Shown here in pieces: positions 28,523 to 38,447 of a DNA stretch of 64,000 nucleotides. The notes beneath the pieces are model-generated. The model worked only from the letters and a program-made list of their open reading frames with translations, was not told the DNA's origin and ran no database searches. Within the stretch, counting starts at the first letter, position 1; every line of letters begins with the position of its first letter. The stretch is taken from contig NZ_JANFQO010000014.1 of NCBI RefSeq assembly GCF_024437735.1, positions 1-64,000 of the forward strand, written 5' to 3'. Both the position numbers and the translations under genes were made by a program. This stretch comes from Tahibacter harae. GTDB lineage: Bacteria > Pseudomonadota > Gammaproteobacteria > Xanthomonadales > Rhodanobacteraceae.

Positions 28523-29611
28523 ATGCGCACACCTGCACCACCGCCCCCGGCCCAACCCCGCGGCCTCGCCCTTCTGCCGGGCTGGCGCCGCGTGCTGACC
28601 GTGGCGGTCGCGGCGACGCTGTGGGGGCTGCTGGTCAGCCTCGGATTCACGATTCCAAGCTATGTCGTGGTCGGCCGCACGCTGTTCATCGCCTTCGTGC
28701 TGCTGCTGGTATTCAGCCTGCTGGAACAGTGGCCGCGCCAGCTGCCGGGCTGGTTTGCGCGCTGGGTATTGCAGGTGCTGGGCGTCGCGGTCGCCGTGCC
28801 GCCGACCGTGCTCCTGCTGTACCTCTATTGCACCGGCCCGGCGGAAGTGCCGCTATGGCAGGACAAGCAGCGCCTCAGCGGCCTGGCGACGCTCAGCGTC
28901 AGCGGACTGCTGTTCGCGCCCTGGTTCGCCGCGGCGGCGCTGCTGCGCCAGCGCGACAGCACGGTGCGCAACCAGGCGCTCAGCTTCCAGCTGGAGCGCG
29001 AGCGGCTGGAGCGGCGCGCGCTGGACGCGCGCCTGCGCCTGCTGCAGGCGCAGGTGCAGCCGCATTTCCTGTTCAACACCCTGGCCAATGTGCGCGAGCT
29101 GGTCGATTCGGGCTCGCCGCAGGCGTCCGCCGTACTGGGCAGCCTGATCGCCTACCTGCGCGCCGCGGTGCCGCGTCTCAACGATCCCGACAGTACGGTC
29201 GCGCAGGAACTGGAACTGCTGCGCGCCTACCTCGCCATCATGCACCTGCGCATGCCCGACCGGCTGCAGTATTCGCTGCACGCGGACGAAGCCGCGCTGG
29301 CCCTGCGCTGTCCGCCGACCTGCCTGCTCACGCTGGTGGAGAACGCGGTGCGCCACGGCATAGACCCCAGCGAGGAAGGCGGCCGCATCGATGTGCGCGT
29401 ACAGGTCCGCAACGGCCGCTGCCTGGCTCAGGTCAGCGACACCGGCGTGGGCCTGCACGCGGGCAGCGCCGGACTGGGCACGGGCCTGGCCACGCTGCGC
29501 GAACGCCTGCAGCTCAGCTTCGGCCCGACGGCCACGCTCAGCCTGACGCCACAGCAGCCGCACGGCGTCTGCGCCGAACTGGATTTCCCCGCCCAACGAG
29601 GCCAGGCATGA
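28523..29611 (+). CDS. LytS/AlgZ-type sensor histidine kinase
   Basis: About five N-terminal TM helices, then the His_kinase (LytS-type) signature LQAQVQPHFLFNTLANV and an HATPase_c domain. The stop overlaps the regulator start (ATGA). Confidence 0.8.
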   Translation: MRTPAPPPPAQPRGLALLPGWRRVLTVAVAATLWGLLVSLGFTIPSYVVVGRTLFIAFVLLLVFSLLEQWPRQLPGWFARWVLQVLGVAVAVPPTVLLLYLYCTGPAEVPLWQDKQRLSGLATLSVSGLLFAPWFAAAALLRQRDSTVRNQALSFQLERERLERRALDARLRLLQAQVQPHFLFNTLANVRELVDSGSPQASAVLGSLIAYLRAAVPRLNDPDSTVAQELELLRAYLAIMHLRMPDRLQYSLHADEAALALRCPPTCLLTLVENAVRHGIDPSEEGGRIDVRVQVRNGRCLAQVSDTGVGLHAGSAGLGTGLATLRERLQLSFGPTATLSLTPQQPHGVCAELDFPAQRGQA

Positions 29612-30399
29612 ATCCCCGCCGCCCCACCGCGCTGATCGCCGACGACGAACCGCTGCTGCGCAAGGCGCTCGGCCGCCTGCTCGCCGCGGCCTGGCCGGAG
29701 CTGGAAATCGTCGCCCAGGCACGCAACGGCCGCGAGGCGGTGGAACAGTTTGAACGCCTGCGCCCGGACATCTGCTTCCTCGACGTGCACATGCCCGGGC
29801 TCTCCGGCGTGGAAGCCGCGCAGCACATCGGCCGCCGCGCCCACCTGGTCTTCGTCACCGCCTACGACCAGTACGCGCTGCAGGCCTTCGAGCACGGCGC
29901 GCTGGACTATCTGATGAAGCCGGTGGAGACCGCGCGTCTGGCCGATACCGTCGCGCGCCTGCAGGAACGCCTGCGCGCCGTCGCGCCGCCGCTGGCCGAT
30001 ACCGAGGCCCTGCTCGAAGCCCTGGCCGCTCAGCTGCAGAAGAAGGCCGCGGCGCCGGCGCCGCTGCGCTGGATCCGCGCCTCGGTAGGCCAGTCGCTGC
30101 GCCTGATCGCGGTGGAGGACATCGCCTTCCTGCGCTCGGACGAGAAATACACCCTGATCGCCTGGCAGGGCGAAGGTGGCAAGCCCGGCGAGGCGCTGAT
30201 ACGCACGCCGCTGAAGGAACTGCTCACCCAGCTGGACCCGGCCCAGTTCGCCCAGGTGCACCGCTCGGTGGTGGTCAACCTGCGCGCGATCAGCCATGTC
30301 GTGCGCGGCGACAACGAGACCGCCGACATCCACCTGCGCGGCCGCGGCGAAGTGCTGCCGGTGAGCCGCAGCTATCTGCATCTGTTCCGCCAGATGTAG
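29608..30399 (+). CDS. LytTR-family response regulator
   Basis: Receiver domain (ALIADDEPLLRKAL...DICFLDVHMPGLSG...) plus a C-terminal LytTR DNA-binding domain (...QVHRSVVVNLRAISHVVRGDNETADIHLRG...). Confidence 0.85.
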   Translation: MNPRRPTALIADDEPLLRKALGRLLAAAWPELEIVAQARNGREAVEQFERLRPDICFLDVHMPGLSGVEAAQHIGRRAHLVFVTAYDQYALQAFEHGALDYLMKPVETARLADTVARLQERLRAVAPPLADTEALLEALAAQLQKKAAAPAPLRWIRASVGQSLRLIAVEDIAFLRSDEKYTLIAWQGEGGKPGEALIRTPLKELLTQLDPAQFAQVHRSVVVNLRAISHVVRGDNETADIHLRGRGEVLPVSRSYLHLFRQM

Positions 30400-30975
30400 C
30401 CGCCGCGCGGGATCCGGGATCTGCGGATCCGCCGTGCGGCGGCCGGCGGCGTTCCGCCCGGGCGCCATCGCCCGTCGCTTGTCATATAAATACCGGATCG
30501 ACGATCCCGCCGCCCCGTGAGCTGGCTCACGCAATGTTGCACTGGCGGCGAAAAACGACGGCGCACTGCAACATCAGCGGAAAAGAAAGATGACGTGCCG
30601 CAGAAGCGGCACGCCGTTCAGCCATCCATACGTCTTCAGGCCTATCTGCACGGCGCGTCGATCGAATCCCGATCCCGCGTCCTGCGCTTATGACGCTTGC
30701 GTGTTTTTTGCGCAATTGGACGGCACGCAACGTTTTCGCAGCGGAATCTGTCGCGACGCCGCCGCGCCGCGCGTGCGAAGGTGTGTCCGCGCCGATGCGG
30801 ATGTACCGCCGGTTTCGTACGAATGCCTACGGGGGCATTCGCCATTCCCGGTCCGTAGCCCAGGCACTGCGCCGGGAGACGGAGTCTGCGCGCAATCTCC
30901 GGACCGATCTGCCCGGCCGAAGAGCCAGGCAGACATAGAACTACTGCCCAAGCCAAAAGCCAATCAGGGGGAATC

Positions 30976-33726
30976 ATGCGTCGTTCGCGTTTGTATCTGG
31001 CCACAACATTGTTCTGCTGTGGAGCATTTCCCGCTGTTCACGCGCAGCAATCCGACAATTCCGCCGCCACGGACGAGAATGCCCTGGAGGAAATCGTCGT
31101 CACCGGCTCGCGCATCCCGCGCGCGACCATCGAAGGCCCGTCGCCGGTCACGGTGATTACGGCCGACGACATCCGCGCCAAGGGCCTGGGCTCGGTCTAT
31201 GACGTGGTGCGTTCGCTGACCCAGTCCACCGGCTCGGTGCAGACCCAGCAGTTCCAGGGCTTCACCCCGGGCGCGGCCCAGGTCGACCTGCGCGGCCTCG
31301 GCCCCAGCTACACCCTGGTGCTGCTCAACGGCCGGCGCATGGCGGATTTCCCGCTCGCCTACAACGCCCAGAGCAACTTCACCGACATCGCCAACATCCC
31401 CACGTCGATGATCGAGCGCATCGAAGTGCTGACCGGCAGCGCCTCGGCGATCTACGGCTCCGACGCGGTCTCGGGCGTGATCAACTTCATTCTCAAGAAG
31501 AAGGCCGACGGCACCTCGCTCAACTACCGCATGGGCGACACCGACGAAGGCGGCGGCTTCTCCCAGCGCCTGCAGGTCAGCACCGGCGGCAGCATCGGCG
31601 AGCTGGACACCCTGTTCGGCCTGGAGGTCTACAAGCAGGACCCCATCTTCCAGTACCAGCGCAGCTTCCAGGATTCGCTCAACGACAATCCCGCGCTCAA
31701 CGGCGGCCGCGCCATCGCCTCGCGCACGTTCCTGCGCTGGAACCCGGCCACGCTGCAGTACATCGACCCGGGCCAGGAGACCTGCAGCACGCTGTCGCAC
31801 CTGAACCGCGGCACGGTGGATTACTCCTTCCGTCCCGGCCGCGGCTGGTACTGCGGCAGTACCGAGGCGCTCTACGGCACGGTGCAGAACGAGCGCGAGA
31901 ACGCGGTCGGCTATGCCACCCTGACTTATCATATCAATGACGACATGCGCGCCTACCTGGACTTCCAGGCCGCGCACACCCGCACCAAGTTCGGCGGCGG
32001 CCCCAACTTCTGGGGTTATACCGGCTCCAGCGACAACGCCTACATCAACGCCGACACCGGCGAGTTCGAGGCACTGCAGCGCATCTTCACGCCGGAGGAA
32101 GTCGGCGGGCTCAACGCCATCCTCGACTACAACCGCGACAACACGCGCTCGCTCAACACCGGCATCGAAGGCAACATCGGCAACTGGCACTACGACGCCG
32201 GCTACTCGCATTCCAGCTTCCAGATGGTGCAGGCGCACCGCGCCATCGTGTCCGAGGCGGCCGACAAGTTCTTCCTCGGCGAAAGCCTGGGCGTGGACGA
32301 GGAAACCGGCTACGACCTGTTCTCGCCGGATATCAGCCGCCTGTACAAGCCGCTGACCCGGGCCGAGTACGAGTCGATCTCGCGCTTCACCCCGATCAAC
32401 GCCAAGACGCGCTCGGAGTCGTTCAATTTCAGCATCGACAATGGCGAGCTGTTCTCGCTGCCGGCCGGCGACGTGGGCATGGCGGCGGTGGCCGAATACG
32501 GCAGCCAGTCGTATGCCATGGACATCGATCCGGACGTGATCGCCGGCCGCTACTTCGGCTGGACCGGCACCGGCGGCAGCGGCTCGCGCAGCCACTACGC
32601 CGTGGGCACCGAGTTCCGCGTGCCGCTGCTGTCCAACCTCAACCTGACGCCGGCGGTCCGCTACGACAGCTATTCCTTCGCCGGCAACTCCACCGGCAAG
32701 CCCACCTATGCGCTGGGCCTGGAATGGCGTCCGCTGGAATCGCTGCTGGTGCGCGGCAGCGCAGCCACCAGCTTCCGCGCGCCGGACCTGCACTACGTCT
32801 TCGCCGGCCCCAGCGGCGCGTACTACAGCCTGACCGACTACTACCTCTGCCGCACGCGCCAGCCGGACCGCCCATACTCCGCCTGCGACTACGACGGCAT
32901 CTCGGTCAAGGGCACGCGCGCCGGCAACCGCAGCCTCGACGACGAGACCGGCAAGTCCTTCACCTACGGCTTCGTCTGGTCGCCGGTGCCGGAATTCGAC
33001 ATCAGCGTGGACTACTACGACATCCGCCTGGATGACGCGATCACTGACCGCGACCTCGACGAAATCCTGCGCACCGAAGCCGACTGCCGCATCGGCCGCA
33101 CCGAAGGCGGCGCGGCCATCGACATCAATTCGCCGACCTGCCAGCAGGCGCTGGCGCTGATCCAGCGCATTTCGGATACCGCACCGGTCAACCCGGGCCA
33201 GATCGGCGGCGCCAATACCTACCCGATCAACGCCGCGGCGCTGCGCAACTCGGGTATCGACGCCAGCCTCAATTACCGGCTGGAAACGGCGAATTCCGGC
33301 GACTTCCGCTTCCGCCTCAACTACACCGGCGTGCTCAAGTACACCTACCGCCAGTTCCCGGGCGAAGCCGACCGCAACATCCGCGACGACCTGGGCTACG
33401 ACAACCTGCGCAGCCGCGTCAGCGGCAGCGTGAGCTGGAACTACGGCGCGCTGACCACGACGCTGTTCGGCCAGCGCTACGGCTCGCTGCCCAAGAGCGA
33501 CCAGAGCGGCCGCTACGGCCCGAGCATGACGTACAACCTCTCGGCCGAGTACCGCGTCACCGAGAACGCCCGCATCAGTGCCGCGATCAACAACATCCGC
33601 AACACGCCGCCGCACCGCGACAGCACCAACAGCGTCTATCCGTACTACGACCAGTTCCAGTTCGATCCCATCGGCCGTCAGTACTACCTGGAATTCGCCT
33701 ACCGCTTCGGCGGTTCGGCACGCTGA
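30976..33726 (+). CDS. TonB-dependent outer-membrane receptor
   Basis: AGGGGGAA RBS then ATG at 30976. Signal peptide. Plug domain (IVVTGSRIPRATIEGPSPVTVITADDIRAKG...IERIEVLTGSASAIYGSDAVSGVINFILKK). Long beta-barrel ending ...YYLEFAYRF. Confidence 0.9.
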   Translation: MRRSRLYLATTLFCCGAFPAVHAQQSDNSAATDENALEEIVVTGSRIPRATIEGPSPVTVITADDIRAKGLGSVYDVVRSLTQSTGSVQTQQFQGFTPGAAQVDLRGLGPSYTLVLLNGRRMADFPLAYNAQSNFTDIANIPTSMIERIEVLTGSASAIYGSDAVSGVINFILKKKADGTSLNYRMGDTDEGGGFSQRLQVSTGGSIGELDTLFGLEVYKQDPIFQYQRSFQDSLNDNPALNGGRAIASRTFLRWNPATLQYIDPGQETCSTLSHLNRGTVDYSFRPGRGWYCGSTEALYGTVQNERENAVGYATLTYHINDDMRAYLDFQAAHTRTKFGGGPNFWGYTGSSDNAYINADTGEFEALQRIFTPEEVGGLNAILDYNRDNTRSLNTGIEGNIGNWHYDAGYSHSSFQMVQAHRAIVSEAADKFFLGESLGVDEETGYDLFSPDISRLYKPLTRAEYESISRFTPINAKTRSESFNFSIDNGELFSLPAGDVGMAAVAEYGSQSYAMDIDPDVIAGRYFGWTGTGGSGSRSHYAVGTEFRVPLLSNLNLTPAVRYDSYSFAGNSTGKPTYALGLEWRPLESLLVRGSAATSFRAPDLHYVFAGPSGAYYSLTDYYLCRTRQPDRPYSACDYDGISVKGTRAGNRSLDDETGKSFTYGFVWSPVPEFDISVDYYDIRLDDAITDRDLDEILRTEADCRIGRTEGGAAIDINSPTCQQALALIQRISDTAPVNPGQIGGANTYPINAAALRNSGIDASLNYRLETANSGDFRFRLNYTGVLKYTYRQFPGEADRNIRDDLGYDNLRSRVSGSVSWNYGALTTTLFGQRYGSLPKSDQSGRYGPSMTYNLSAEYRVTENARISAAINNIRNTPPHRDSTNSVYPYYDQFQFDPIGRQYYLEFAYRFGGSAR

Positions 33727-33919
33727 GCAAGGGGTGGAACGGACGTAGACCTTCTCCAGCCGCGCCGGTGCAGGCAGACCCTCCCCAGGCCGCTTGACTT
33801 GCACCGGCCGCCGATCAAAACGTAGCGCCTCCCCGGTTCCGCTACGCGCCCTCGGCCTTCGCTGCCCCCCACGGAGAATGTCCGCGCACCGTCCCACCCG
33901 CAGTTGCGCAGCACCCGGT

Positions 33920-34612
33920 CTAACCGCCGGGTGCTGCGCCCTGCAAATCCGCGGTTTTCGCTTGCGCCGGCACACGAACCGGCAGCGGCCGCCGGCGCCG
34001 CAGCCGCAGCAGCCAGCAGAGCGTCAGCAGCGCCGCCGCGAATACCGGCAGCGACAGCAGTCCGGAGCTGCGCAATGCCGGCGGAAACAGCCTGGCCTGG
34101 CCGAGAAAGAACGACGCGCTGGCGACGAACAGCGCGAAGCCCAGCCGCCACAGATGCCGCGCCAATCGCGGCGCGCCTTCGATCGCGCCCCGGCGCAGCA
34201 GCCGCCAGTCCGCCATGGCGCACAGCAAGGCGACGCCGCCGAAGATGAAGCAACCCAGGCCCATGCCGCGATTCCGGCCGCCGATCAGCGCCGCACCGGC
34301 GGTCCACGCCAGCACACCGGTCAGCAGCGCAAGGCACATCAGCGCCTGCAGCAACCTGCGCGACTGCGCCACCGGCCGCAGCACAGCCAGCCAGCCCGTC
34401 GCCACCAGATAGAACGTCAGCAGGCCGGCGCTGAGCGATAGCCATTCCGGCTTCAGCAGCGCGAGCACCGCGCCGCTGGCGCTCATGCCCAGCATGGCGG
34501 CAACGAACACCAGCCCCGCGCGCCGGTGCAGCCCGCCGCCCTTGCGCGCGAGCATGGCCAGCGCGCCGGCGATCAGGGCCAGCAGTCCGGCGGCGATATG
34601 GATGGGCAGCAT
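33920..34612 (-). CDS. Integral membrane protein, DUF2306-like (HRRxG motifs)
   Basis: Internal ATG at 34610-34612 (MLPIHIAAGLLALIAGALAMLARKGGGLHRRAGLVFV...). About six TM helices. The upstream part of the ORF-track frame runs across the heptamer repeats and is rejected. Confidence 0.55.
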   Translation of the reverse strand: MLPIHIAAGLLALIAGALAMLARKGGGLHRRAGLVFVAAMLGMSASGAVLALLKPEWLSLSAGLLTFYLVATGWLAVLRPVAQSRRLLQALMCLALLTGVLAWTAGAALIGGRNRGMGLGCFIFGGVALLCAMADWRLLRRGAIEGAPRLARHLWRLGFALFVASASFFLGQARLFPPALRSSGLLSLPVFAAALLTLCWLLRLRRRRPLPVRVPAQAKTADLQGAAPGG

Positions 34613-34793
34613 GGCGCGTCTCCTGGGTGGGTGCAGCCGCCGCGGCGGCCTGGCGAAGCCGCGCGGAACGCCGGCGATCGTGGCCCCGCGCAGCACCTGC
34701 CGGCGAAAGCGCACCGGCTGCGCCACCTTGAAGCCGCCGCCGGCCGCAGCAAAACGCATTGCGACGGAAGACCGTGACTGAGGGCCGAGCTGC

Positions 34794-34868
34794 GGGATTC
34801 GGGATTCGGGATTCGGGATTCGGGATTCGGGATTCGAGATTCGGATTCGGATTCGGATTCGGATTGGG
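34794..34868. repeat. Heptamer microsatellite array (GGGATTC)5 continuing as degenerate GAGATTC/GGATTC units
   Basis: Five perfect GGGATTC copies at 34794-34828, followed by about six degenerate 6-7-nt units. Intergenic, between the divergent DUF2306-like genes. Confidence 0.8.
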
Positions 34869-34987
34869 ATTCGGGACCGGACCAGATCCGCAAACGGCAG
34901 CCTATCCGCGCGCCGAAAGAAACCCCACGCCAGGACAGAGCCCAGCCGGAGCAGGAAGCGACGCATCGCCGGATCCCGCCTCTCCAC

Positions 34988-35013
34988 TGCCGAAACCCAA
35001 ATCCCAAATCCCG
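34988..35013. repeat. Inverted copy of the heptamer array (AAATCCC/GAATCCC units, i.e. GGGATTT/GGGATTC on the other strand)
   Basis: aaacccaaatcccaaatcccgaatcccg, about 120 bp from the forward array. The two arrays form a large imperfect inverted repeat. Confidence 0.7.
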
Positions 35014-35190
35014 AATCCCGTTCCTCCACTCCCAAAAAACCGTCATCCGTCGCATCGCGCTCCAGGCGCCTGCCGCTCCTGGCCACACTGCGCCTGCCGC
35101 TGCCCGTATGACGACAGGCGCGCCGTCCAAATCCGGCGCGCCTCATCCGTCCGCCGCAGCGGCCCGTTTTCCACACCAGGCAGGCATTCC

Positions 35191-36078
35191 ATGAGCGCAA
35201 GTCCCGCAACTGCGACCCCGCTGGCCGAACGCGCGCAGCCGCGCGCGGGCAATGGCGTCATTCCGGCCGGCTACGGCGAAGGTCGGCTGGCGCGCGCAGG
35301 CGCACCGGCGCTGAAGGCCGCCGCGGCGTTCTGCTACGGCGTGATGGCGCTGGGGCAACTCATCTTCGCCATCTACGTTGCCGGCTTCTACGGCGGCGCG
35401 CTGGCGCAGGGAAACCTGTATACGTGGAATAAAGTACTTCCGCACGGCTATGTCGCGGGCGATGCGCTGGGCAACCTGATCCTTGCCGTACATCTGGCCT
35501 TTGCCGTGGTCATCACCCTGGGCGGCAGCCTGCAACTGCTGCCGGCGCTGCGCCGGCGCGCGCCGCGGCTGCATCGCTGGAACGGCCGGCTGTATCTGTT
35601 CGCCGCCCTGCTGCTCAGCCTGGGCGGACTGGTGCTGCTGTGGACGCGCGACCGGGTGGGCGACCTGCCGCAGCATCTGGCGATCAGCCTCAATGCGCTG
35701 TTGATCCTGTTGTTCGGCCTGGCCACGCTGCGCAGCGCCGTCGCGCGCCGTTTCGAGGCGCACCGGCGCTGGGCGCTGCGCCTGTTCCTGGCGGTCAGCG
35801 GTGTATGGTTCTTCCGCGTGGGGCTGATGTTCTGGCTTATCGCCAACCGCGGCCCGGCCGGTTTCGATCCGCAGACCTTCAGCGGTCCGTTTCTGACTTT
35901 CCTTGCCTTTGCCCAGTACCTGCTGCCGCTGGCGCTGCTGGAACTGTACCTGCGCGCGCAGCAGAACCGCCGCGGCCTGACCAAGCTGGCGACAGCGGCG
36001 CTGCTCGCGCTGGCCACGCTGGCGATGGCCGCGGGCATAGCCGGGGCGGCACTCGTGATGTGGTTGCCGCGGCTGTAG
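35191..36078 (+). CDS. Integral membrane protein, DUF2306-like paralog
   Basis: ATG at 35191 (MSASPATATPLAER...). Multiple TM helices with APRLHRWNGRLYLF and AHRRWALRLFLAV motifs resembling the divergent neighbour. Confidence 0.6.
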   Translation: MSASPATATPLAERAQPRAGNGVIPAGYGEGRLARAGAPALKAAAAFCYGVMALGQLIFAIYVAGFYGGALAQGNLYTWNKVLPHGYVAGDALGNLILAVHLAFAVVITLGGSLQLLPALRRRAPRLHRWNGRLYLFAALLLSLGGLVLLWTRDRVGDLPQHLAISLNALLILLFGLATLRSAVARRFEAHRRWALRLFLAVSGVWFFRVGLMFWLIANRGPAGFDPQTFSGPFLTFLAFAQYLLPLALLELYLRAQQNRRGLTKLATAALLALATLAMAAGIAGAALVMWLPRL

Positions 36079-36208
36079 GCAGCCGCGCGCCGGCCATCGC
36101 CGCCGGCCCTGCAGGGCCATGGCACGTCCGTTGCTTGCTGCAGCGTCGACTGCGCCGCGCGTACGCAAGACGCGGCGCGTCGCCTGTATTTCTGCAACGG
36201 ACTTCCGC

Positions 36209-36670
36209 ATGGCTCATTTTGTCACCGGTCTGATCGCCCGCCGCGCCGCGCTGCAGGCGTTTGCCGCCGAGCAGGGATTGCCTGCGCCGGTGGCGCTGAC
36301 CGATGTGCTGGCCCTGCTGCCGCTGAGCCAGGACGCCCTGGATCAGTTGCTGCCGCAGACCGCGCACGAGTTCTATCCCGGCTTCAACGCCCTCTCGCTG
36401 GACCTGGCCCGGCTGCTCGCCGCCGGCTCGCGCCGCGCCACGCTGCTGTATTTCGAGACCGAGTATTTCGGCGGCGAAGGCACCCAGGGCGCGGCCGTGT
36501 TCCGCGACGGCGAGCTGGTGTTCGGGCCGCAGTCGGCCGAACTGGGACCGATCAACAACGCCCTGGCCCTGCTCGGCGTGAAGACCGTGCCGCCGGCACT
36601 GGACGAATTCGAGACCGTGGGCCTGCAGCGGCACCGCGACAACGACGCCTGGCTGGCGAGCGGTAACTGA
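36209..36670 (+). CDS. Hypothetical cytoplasmic protein (153 aa)
   Basis: ATG at 36209 (MAHFVTGLIARRAALQAF...). Ordinary globular composition. No family recognised. Confidence 0.45.
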   Translation: MAHFVTGLIARRAALQAFAAEQGLPAPVALTDVLALLPLSQDALDQLLPQTAHEFYPGFNALSLDLARLLAAGSRRATLLYFETEYFGGEGTQGAAVFRDGELVFGPQSAELGPINNALALLGVKTVPPALDEFETVGLQRHRDNDAWLASGN

Positions 36671-36869
36671 ACCCGCTGGCACGCACAGCCGTCCGGCAAT
36701 GCCAGAGCGAACGCCGCGGCGGCACAGCCGCGACGGCACCCGCGCCAGACACCGCCACGGCGGCATCCGGCGCGAATCGGCGCTGCGCCAGGCCCTTGGC
36801 TACTGCGGTTGCATTCCGGCCGCCGCCACGGCGAAATGCCGGACTGTCTCACGCACCGTGGAGCGCGCG

Positions 36870-37253
36870 ATGCCACACCGGGGTTCCTGTCTTTGCGGCG
36901 CGGTGCGCCTGGAGATCGACGGCGAGCTGCACGCGCCGGATGCCTGCCATTGCAGCCAGTGCCGCAGGATGACGGGGCATTACTGGGCCTCCACCGACGT
37001 GCCGGACGCGCAGCTGCGCATCAGCGGCGCCGAGCATGTGCGCTGGTATCAGTCCTCGGCCAAGGTGAAGCGCGGCTTCTGCGCCAACTGCGGCAGCGTG
37101 CTGTTCTGGAAGCCGCTGCAGCGCGACACCACGGCCGTGTCCATGGGTGCGCTGGAAACGCCTACCGACACGCAGCTGGCGCGGCACATCTTCGTCGCCG
37201 ACAAGGGCGACTACTACCGCATCGACGACGGGCTGCCGCAGAACCCGCAGTGA
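36870..37253 (+). CDS. GFA (glutathione-dependent formaldehyde-activating / CENP-V-like) zinc-binding family protein
   Basis: GGAG then ATG at 36870. Cys pattern CLCGAV...CHCSQCRR...CANCGSVLF is typical of the GFA fold. Confidence 0.75.
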   Translation: MPHRGSCLCGAVRLEIDGELHAPDACHCSQCRRMTGHYWASTDVPDAQLRISGAEHVRWYQSSAKVKRGFCANCGSVLFWKPLQRDTTAVSMGALETPTDTQLARHIFVADKGDYYRIDDGLPQNPQ

Positions 37254-37278
37254 CCAGACGCCGCGCGGCAGCGCCGGC

Positions 37279-37971
37279 TCAGCAGCCGGTCACTTCCTGC
37301 TGCGCCACCTGGCGCACCAGCTCGCCCTTGCCGGCCGCGCCGGACAGGAACAGGGTGGGCCGGCTCAGGTTGTAGTGGTCGGTGGTATCCAGCAGCAGAT
37401 CGACGCGGCCGTCGCGGTCCAGGTCGCCGGCAAACAGCAGCCGCGGCACGCCTTCGCCGAAGCCCGGCCGGCCGTCCTCGCCGGCCAGCGCCTCGCGTTC
37501 CAGCAGCACCTGGCGCTGCCCGCCCTCGGCCAGGCTGAGGCGGCAGCGGCCGTCGGCCGTGGTGCATTCGGCAACCAGGCGGAAAGGCTTGCCGGCCAGC
37601 GTGGACTCGAACGGCCGGGCCGTGGAGAAGTCCACCTCCGCCGGCGCGGCAACGGGCACATCGCCGGGCGCCAGCGCCGCGATGCCGCGCAGGAACACCA
37701 GCGCCTCGATGCCGGGCGCGGCGACGCTGCGGCCGGTCTTCTCGTCATCGGCGTCCAGCACCGGATCGTTGACGGCTTCGACCTTGAGCCGCGTGCTCTG
37801 CAGCCGCGCCTTGCCGTCAGCGACGACCAGGGCCAGCCAGGTCTCGCCGTCGCGGGCGCTCACTTCGTCGCCGTGGAAATTCTCGCCGGGCAGGTTGAGC
37901 GCGGGCTTGGGTGCGGCGGCACCGGCGATGCCGGCCAGCAGCAACAGGGACAGGACAGCGTATCGGTTCAT
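37279..37971 (-). CDS. Secreted hypothetical protein
   Basis: ATG at 37969-37971 (MNRYAVLSLLLLAGIAGAAAP...); an alternative ATG lies 12 nt upstream. Signal peptide present. No family recognised. Confidence 0.55.
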   Translation of the reverse strand: MNRYAVLSLLLLAGIAGAAAPKPALNLPGENFHGDEVSARDGETWLALVVADGKARLQSTRLKVEAVNDPVLDADDEKTGRSVAAPGIEALVFLRGIAALAPGDVPVAAPAEVDFSTARPFESTLAGKPFRLVAECTTADGRCRLSLAEGGQRQVLLEREALAGEDGRPGFGEGVPRLLFAGDLDRDGRVDLLLDTTDHYNLSRPTLFLSGAAGKGELVRQVAQQEVTGC

Positions 37972-38140
37972 GCGTGGAATCATGGACAGGAGAATGCGGC
38001 GGAATCGGGCCGGCCCGCGGGCAAAAGCCGGGCCGCGGCACCCGTACGGCATTCCCTTGCAGTGCCGCGGCTGCGCGGACCAGACCTTGGGCACCGCTCC
38101 GGCCATAGCAGGAAACGTCGCGGCGGGAGGAAGCGAACAA

Positions 38141-38157
38141 CCGGGATTCGGGATTGG
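38141..38157. repeat. Short GGGATTC-type heptamer remnant
   Basis: cgggattcgggattgg in the 475-bp intergenic region upstream of the duplicated secreted-protein genes. Confidence 0.5.
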
Positions 38158-38447
38158 AGGCGCGGACTTGGCGCGATCCGGCAGCGGTGCGCTTGCGTCA
38201 GGCAACCGGGCAGAAGCCGGGGATTGCAGTCATCCATTGCCGGTACTTGTCCGCACCGCCTCCGGCCGCCCTTTCCGGCGTGACTGTGCGGGACGGGTCG
38301 CGGCTCTTTGGAGTCGAAACAACAAGCTGCGCCCGCCTACCGCCGCAGCCCGCCGGGCGCTTGCGCAGCAAACGCCCGGCGGATCATCGATGCAGCTGGA
38401 ATTGCCGTATCGGAACGGATTCCACCGCAAAAAACGCCGTTCCGGCA

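Noticed and set aside
30964-33975. 1003-aa minus-strand ORF
   Set aside because: Fully antisense to the TonB-dependent receptor gene. Arg/Ala/Gly-rich with no domain signature. A typical high-GC antisense artefact.
34794-35013. Heptamer arrays considered as a CRISPR array
   Set aside because: The period is 7 bp with no spacers and no cas genes. It is a microsatellite, not CRISPR.
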